Of a stretch of 64,000 nucleotides of DNA, positions 60,524-64,000 are shown piece by piece. A program made the position numbers and the translations under genes. The DNA is taken from the NCBI RefSeq assembly GCF_965233695.1, contig NZ_OZ247497.1:2495277-2559276 (forward strand). Direction: 5' to 3'. Every line of letters starts with the position of its first letter. Position 1 is the stretch's first letter. The DNA is from Parasphingorhabdus sp. (lineage in GTDB: Bacteria > Pseudomonadota > Alphaproteobacteria > Sphingomonadales > Sphingomonadaceae). Under the pieces are notes generated by a model. That model worked only from the letters and a program-made list of their open reading frames with translations. It did not search any database and was not told where the DNA came from.

Positions 60524-62104
60524 ATGGATGCCGACATAGCAAAAGGACAAGAAAGGCAAGGCTACAATGGCCTGGCTGCCATTTGTGGTACGGATGCGGT
60601 GACTACCGATGAAGCCCGCCTGCGCTACTTTTCGCAGGACCTGTTTTTTGAAGGTATCCTGCCGCTTGCAATTGTGAGTCCGGCAACCACCGATATGGTT
60701 GTCAGGATAGTTCAGTTCTGCCGAGCACAGGGTTGTGCAATTTTTCTGCGCGGTGGAGGCATGTCTTACACAAAGGCTTTCCAGCCTACATCTGCAAACG
60801 CCATCATGCTTGATTTTTCCAGGCTATCAGCCATTCGTGAGATATCGGTTGAGGATGGCCACGTCACGGTGGAAGCGGGCTGCACATGGGCTGCACTGGA
60901 TGAAGCACTTGCCAAGCATGACAGGCGCGCACGGTTTTGGGGACCCATGTCGGGGCGATCGGCAACAATTGGTGGCTCCATGAGTCAAGGGACTGTGACT
61001 TTTGGCTCTGGCACCAATGGTGCTTCGGCGAATGCCGTCAAAAGCTTCGAGGTGGTGACCGGTGCCGGTGAGCTGTTACACAGCGGCTCCGATGGTACGA
61101 CAGGAACACGGCCATTTAACCGCAATTTCGGGCCGGATTTGACGGGTATATTCGCCAATGATGCCGGGGCGCTGGGAATCAAGACAGCGGTGACCCTCGA
61201 AATTGAACCACGCCCGGCGCAGGTTAGCGGTCTGTCCTTTGCCTATGATGATTTCGATGCCATGGCGCAGCTGTTTTCCGATCTGTCCATGCGCCGTCTG
61301 TCATCGGAGATGATTGCAATGGATGGCGACGTCGCGCGACAAAATTCGGGCGCGCCTGATCTCTTGGAAGACGCAAAAGCGATGTGGCGTATTGGCAAGG
61401 CGGCCGGAAATCCATTGTCAGCCGTCGGCCGAATGTTTCGCATTGCAATGAGTGGGCGGCGATTTCTGGACAAGGCAAAATATACTGCGCATTTTGTGGT
61501 GGAAGGCCGGGACAAAGCAGAGCTTGAAAGCCGGATAAATGCCATTCGCGGATTTGCCAAATCAGGGGAGGAGATCGTCAATACCGTGCCGTTGATGACG
61601 CGCGCCGATCCGTTTCCGGTTCTGCCAGTGACGCATCCTGACGGCCGCCGGATGTTGCCGATCCATGGGGTGTTTCCTCAATCAGCATTGCAAGGTTTTC
61701 ATCAGGATTACCTATCCCTCAAGGCCAGTTTTGCCGAACGGATGACAGAGACGAACGTCACTATTGCGGAATTTTTTGCCGGTGTGGCGGGCATTGGATT
61801 GCTTTACGAACCCGTATTCTACTGGCCCGACAGCCTGTACGAATATCATAACCGCCTTACGCCTGATTATCTTGAAGGAAAAATGCCGGAGTTTCCGGAA
61901 AACCTGACGGCGCGGGAATTGGTCGGGGAGTTCGTGTCGGCTTTCAATGCGTTGGTGCATCAGCACGGCGGAACCCATTTTCAGATCGGGCGGCTCTACC
62001 CCTATACGGAAAATCGCGAAAGCGGTGCAGCCATGTTGCTTCGCGATCTCAAAACGTCACTGGATCCGGATAACATTATCAATCCGGGAGCGTTGGGCTT
62101 GTGA
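60524..62104 (+). CDS. FAD-binding oxidoreductase (PCMH/VAO-type, GlcD-like)
   Basis: RBS AAGGGA; RGGGMSY, ATIGG, VVTGAG, PDLTG, C-terminal LDPDNIINPG. Confidence 0.87.
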   Translation: MDADIAKGQERQGYNGLAAICGTDAVTTDEARLRYFSQDLFFEGILPLAIVSPATTDMVVRIVQFCRAQGCAIFLRGGGMSYTKAFQPTSANAIMLDFSRLSAIREISVEDGHVTVEAGCTWAALDEALAKHDRRARFWGPMSGRSATIGGSMSQGTVTFGSGTNGASANAVKSFEVVTGAGELLHSGSDGTTGTRPFNRNFGPDLTGIFANDAGALGIKTAVTLEIEPRPAQVSGLSFAYDDFDAMAQLFSDLSMRRLSSEMIAMDGDVARQNSGAPDLLEDAKAMWRIGKAAGNPLSAVGRMFRIAMSGRRFLDKAKYTAHFVVEGRDKAELESRINAIRGFAKSGEEIVNTVPLMTRADPFPVLPVTHPDGRRMLPIHGVFPQSALQGFHQDYLSLKASFAERMTETNVTIAEFFAGVAGIGLLYEPVFYWPDSLYEYHNRLTPDYLEGKMPEFPENLTARELVGEFVSAFNALVHQHGGTHFQIGRLYPYTENRESGAAMLLRDLKTSLDPDNIINPGALGL

Positions 62105-63285
62105 ACCAGGGACGCATGATTGATGCAAACACCAAAATTGCGATTGTTGGCGGCGGTATTGGGGGATTGGTGGCTGGTATCGCGCTTCAGAAAGCCGGGT
62201 TTAATCCAGTCATATATGAACGTGCGCCGGAATTTGGCGAAGTGGGGGCAGGTATTTCCATCTCACCCAATGCGACGCTCGGTTTGGAATCTCTCGGCTT
62301 CACTGATTATTTGAATGCCAATGCCAATGAGCCCTTGGAACAGCGTCTGTATCATGGCGAAACCGGGGAATTGCTCAAGACATTTGACCGCCGGGATTGC
62401 CGTGAGACATACAAAGCTGCCTATTGTCAGCTACACCGGGCTGACTTGCTCAATATGTTGATAGATGCGTTTGGCCGAAGCAATTGCGCAATGAATCACG
62501 GGCTTGCGGACGTTTATAGCCGCGTAGATGGTGTCATTCTGACCTTTGAAGATGGCAGCACCGCTGAAGCGGATATTGTCATCGCCGCAGATGGATTGCG
62601 GTCGGTCATCCGTGACAGCCTATTCGATTCCGAACCACCGGAATTTAGCGGGCATGTCGCCTGGCGCGCATTGGTGCCAGCGGAGAAACTGGGACCGAAA
62701 TCCGTCGAAAGGCTGAATATAAATCATCTGGGTACGGGGCGGAACATTGTCAGCTATCCCGTGCGCGGGACTGAACTGGTCAATATTGTGGCGCTGACCA
62801 AAGCTGAAGACTGGGCTGAAGAAAGCTGGAACGCGAAGGCGGAGAAGAGCGAGTTGGCGGCGCATTATGAAGGTTGGACGGACTATGTGATGGAGCTGTT
62901 GGAGGCTATACCCGGAGATGCTCTATATCGCTGGGGCCTGTTCATTCGTAAACCGCTTGAGAATTGGGTTAGCGGCCGGACCGCTTTGCTGGGCGATGCT
63001 GCCCACCCGATGCTCCCCTATATGGGGCAGGGCGCATCCTGTGCGATTGAAGATGGAGTCATTCTCGGTCGCGCTTTTGCGGTTGCGGAAACACCGGGCC
63101 AGGCACTGAAAATATATGCCGAGAGCCGAATAGAACGCGCTTCTCTCCTGCAATCAGAATCCAATCTCGGCGGCGATCGGTTGCAAGCCATTGATCCCTA
63201 TGCCTTTCGAGATACCCCGATCAAGAATGAGGACGCACTGGGTATTTTTGCTTATGATCCCGCCACCGTACCCCTGATAAAATAG
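62101..63285 (+). CDS. Group A FAD-dependent monooxygenase (salicylate hydroxylase / 6-hydroxynicotinate monooxygenase-like)
   Basis: GGGIGG, EVGAGI, HRADL, ADGLRS, GDAAHPMLPYMGQGA. Confidence 0.9.
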   Translation: MNQGRMIDANTKIAIVGGGIGGLVAGIALQKAGFNPVIYERAPEFGEVGAGISISPNATLGLESLGFTDYLNANANEPLEQRLYHGETGELLKTFDRRDCRETYKAAYCQLHRADLLNMLIDAFGRSNCAMNHGLADVYSRVDGVILTFEDGSTAEADIVIAADGLRSVIRDSLFDSEPPEFSGHVAWRALVPAEKLGPKSVERLNINHLGTGRNIVSYPVRGTELVNIVALTKAEDWAEESWNAKAEKSELAAHYEGWTDYVMELLEAIPGDALYRWGLFIRKPLENWVSGRTALLGDAAHPMLPYMGQGASCAIEDGVILGRAFAVAETPGQALKIYAESRIERASLLQSESNLGGDRLQAIDPYAFRDTPIKNEDALGIFAYDPATVPLIK

Positions 63286-63287
63286 AT

Positions 63288-64000
63288 TCAGACCGGCTTG
63301 GTCGCGATCAGGGATTGCAGAAAGTCATTGGAAACCGCTGGCCCCTGTTTCACTTCGAAACCGGCCGCTTCCAATATCCCTTTGAAATCGCTTGCGACAA
63401 AAGCGGGTGAATAAGGTTCGCAATTATCGCGACTGTCATTGTCGATCATGAATCGATAGCCGGCGGGCACCTGGCCTTTGTCGTTATTGGGAAATTCAAA
63501 GATCGAGAACACACCGCCGGGTCGTATGATCCGGAATAGCTCGGAGATAATTTCTTTCATCTTTTTGACTGGCACTTCATGGAACAGGATATAGGCCAGC
63601 ACCATATCGAAATGGTCATCGGGATAGCCGCTATCTTCCGCGAGCGCCTGCTTGAAATGAACATCCTTGCCACGTTGAACAGCGCGCATGTGGGCATAGC
63701 GGATAAGCGGCAGGCCCACGTCAAGACCCCAAACTTCTGCGTCCGGATAGAGATCTTTCAAGACCGTTGTGGACTGTCCGATGCTGCAGCCTACATCCAG
63801 AATGCGCTCGATTTTTCCGTCGGCAGGCCTGGTCGTTTTCTCGGCATGCTCGGTATGCATCTCGTCCTGGTCATTAAAACCTTCGTAGAAAATTTTGGTG
63901 CCGTAATGAAAGACAGCGCCGCCCAATGGATCATCGGTGTAGCCGCCCGGCTGACAATGAATTTCACAGCGGGTATAAGTAGGTGGTTCGAACGATGGAT
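63288..64000 (-). CDS. Class I SAM-dependent methyltransferase; 5' end outside the window
   Basis: Open frame to the window edge (PSFEPPTYTRCEIHCQPGGY...); ILDVGCSIG, AYILFHE, IRPGG. Confidence 0.87.
   Translation of the reverse strand, partial: PSFEPPTYTRCEIHCQPGGYTDDPLGGAVFHYGTKIFYEGFNDQDEMHTEHAEKTTRPADGKIERILDVGCSIGQSTTVLKDLYPDAEVWGLDVGLPLIRYAHMRAVQRGKDVHFKQALAEDSGYPDDHFDMVLAYILFHEVPVKKMKEIISELFRIIRPGGVFSIFEFPNNDKGQVPAGYRFMIDNDSRDNCEPYSPAFVASDFKGILEAAGFEVKQGPAVSNDFLQSLIATKPV

Noticed and set aside
43653-63285. Nicotinate (nic) maleamate pathway
   Set aside because: NicC-, NicD- and NicE-like folds are present, but there is no NicAB, NicX or NicF in the window and the isomerase homolog lacks its Cys dyad.
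36000-64000. Horizontally acquired island with mobility genes
   Set aside because: No integrase, transposase, tRNA or flanking direct repeats seen; windowed GC and codon usage could not be computed.

Overview
Chromosomal window from an alphaproteobacterium; gene content and style suggest Sphingomonadales (inference). No rRNA, tRNA, transposase, integrase or CRISPR-cas was seen. Layout: (1) 1-9.7 kb: partial fadH, then an ECF sigma / FecR / TonB-dependent receptor cell-surface-signalling module plus a periplasmic M16 protease; receptor and protease share a TGAGG-N16-CGTCTTA promoter motif. (2) 10-17.2 kb: heme-type receptor behind a double Fur box, a DUF6607-like secreted protein and a ferric-iron ABC transporter. 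(3) 17.5-25 kb: mixed housekeeping genes (amidohydrolase, mobA, recF, CDF transporter). This part includes a sigma54 promoter with a PspF-type UAS ahead of two unannotated paralogous 39-aa hydrophobic microproteins and pspC, and a short direct-repeat cluster. (4) 25.3-35.7 kb: non-canonical LuxR solo, a TonB receptor and beta-oxidation genes. (5) 36-64 kb: a large catabolic gene cluster of unknown substrate with no regulator inside the window. It encodes a TonB receptor, 2 ALDHs, 3 flavoenzymes, a Fe/2OG dioxygenase, hydrolases, 2 methyltransferases, 2 GSTs and 2 MFS transporters. Four of its promoter regions share a TRTCCR-N5-YGGAYA palindrome, and two enzymes lack their family's catalytic cysteines. 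Best leads: the putative Psp microprotein operon, the signalling-plus-protease system, and the catabolic cluster with its candidate operator.
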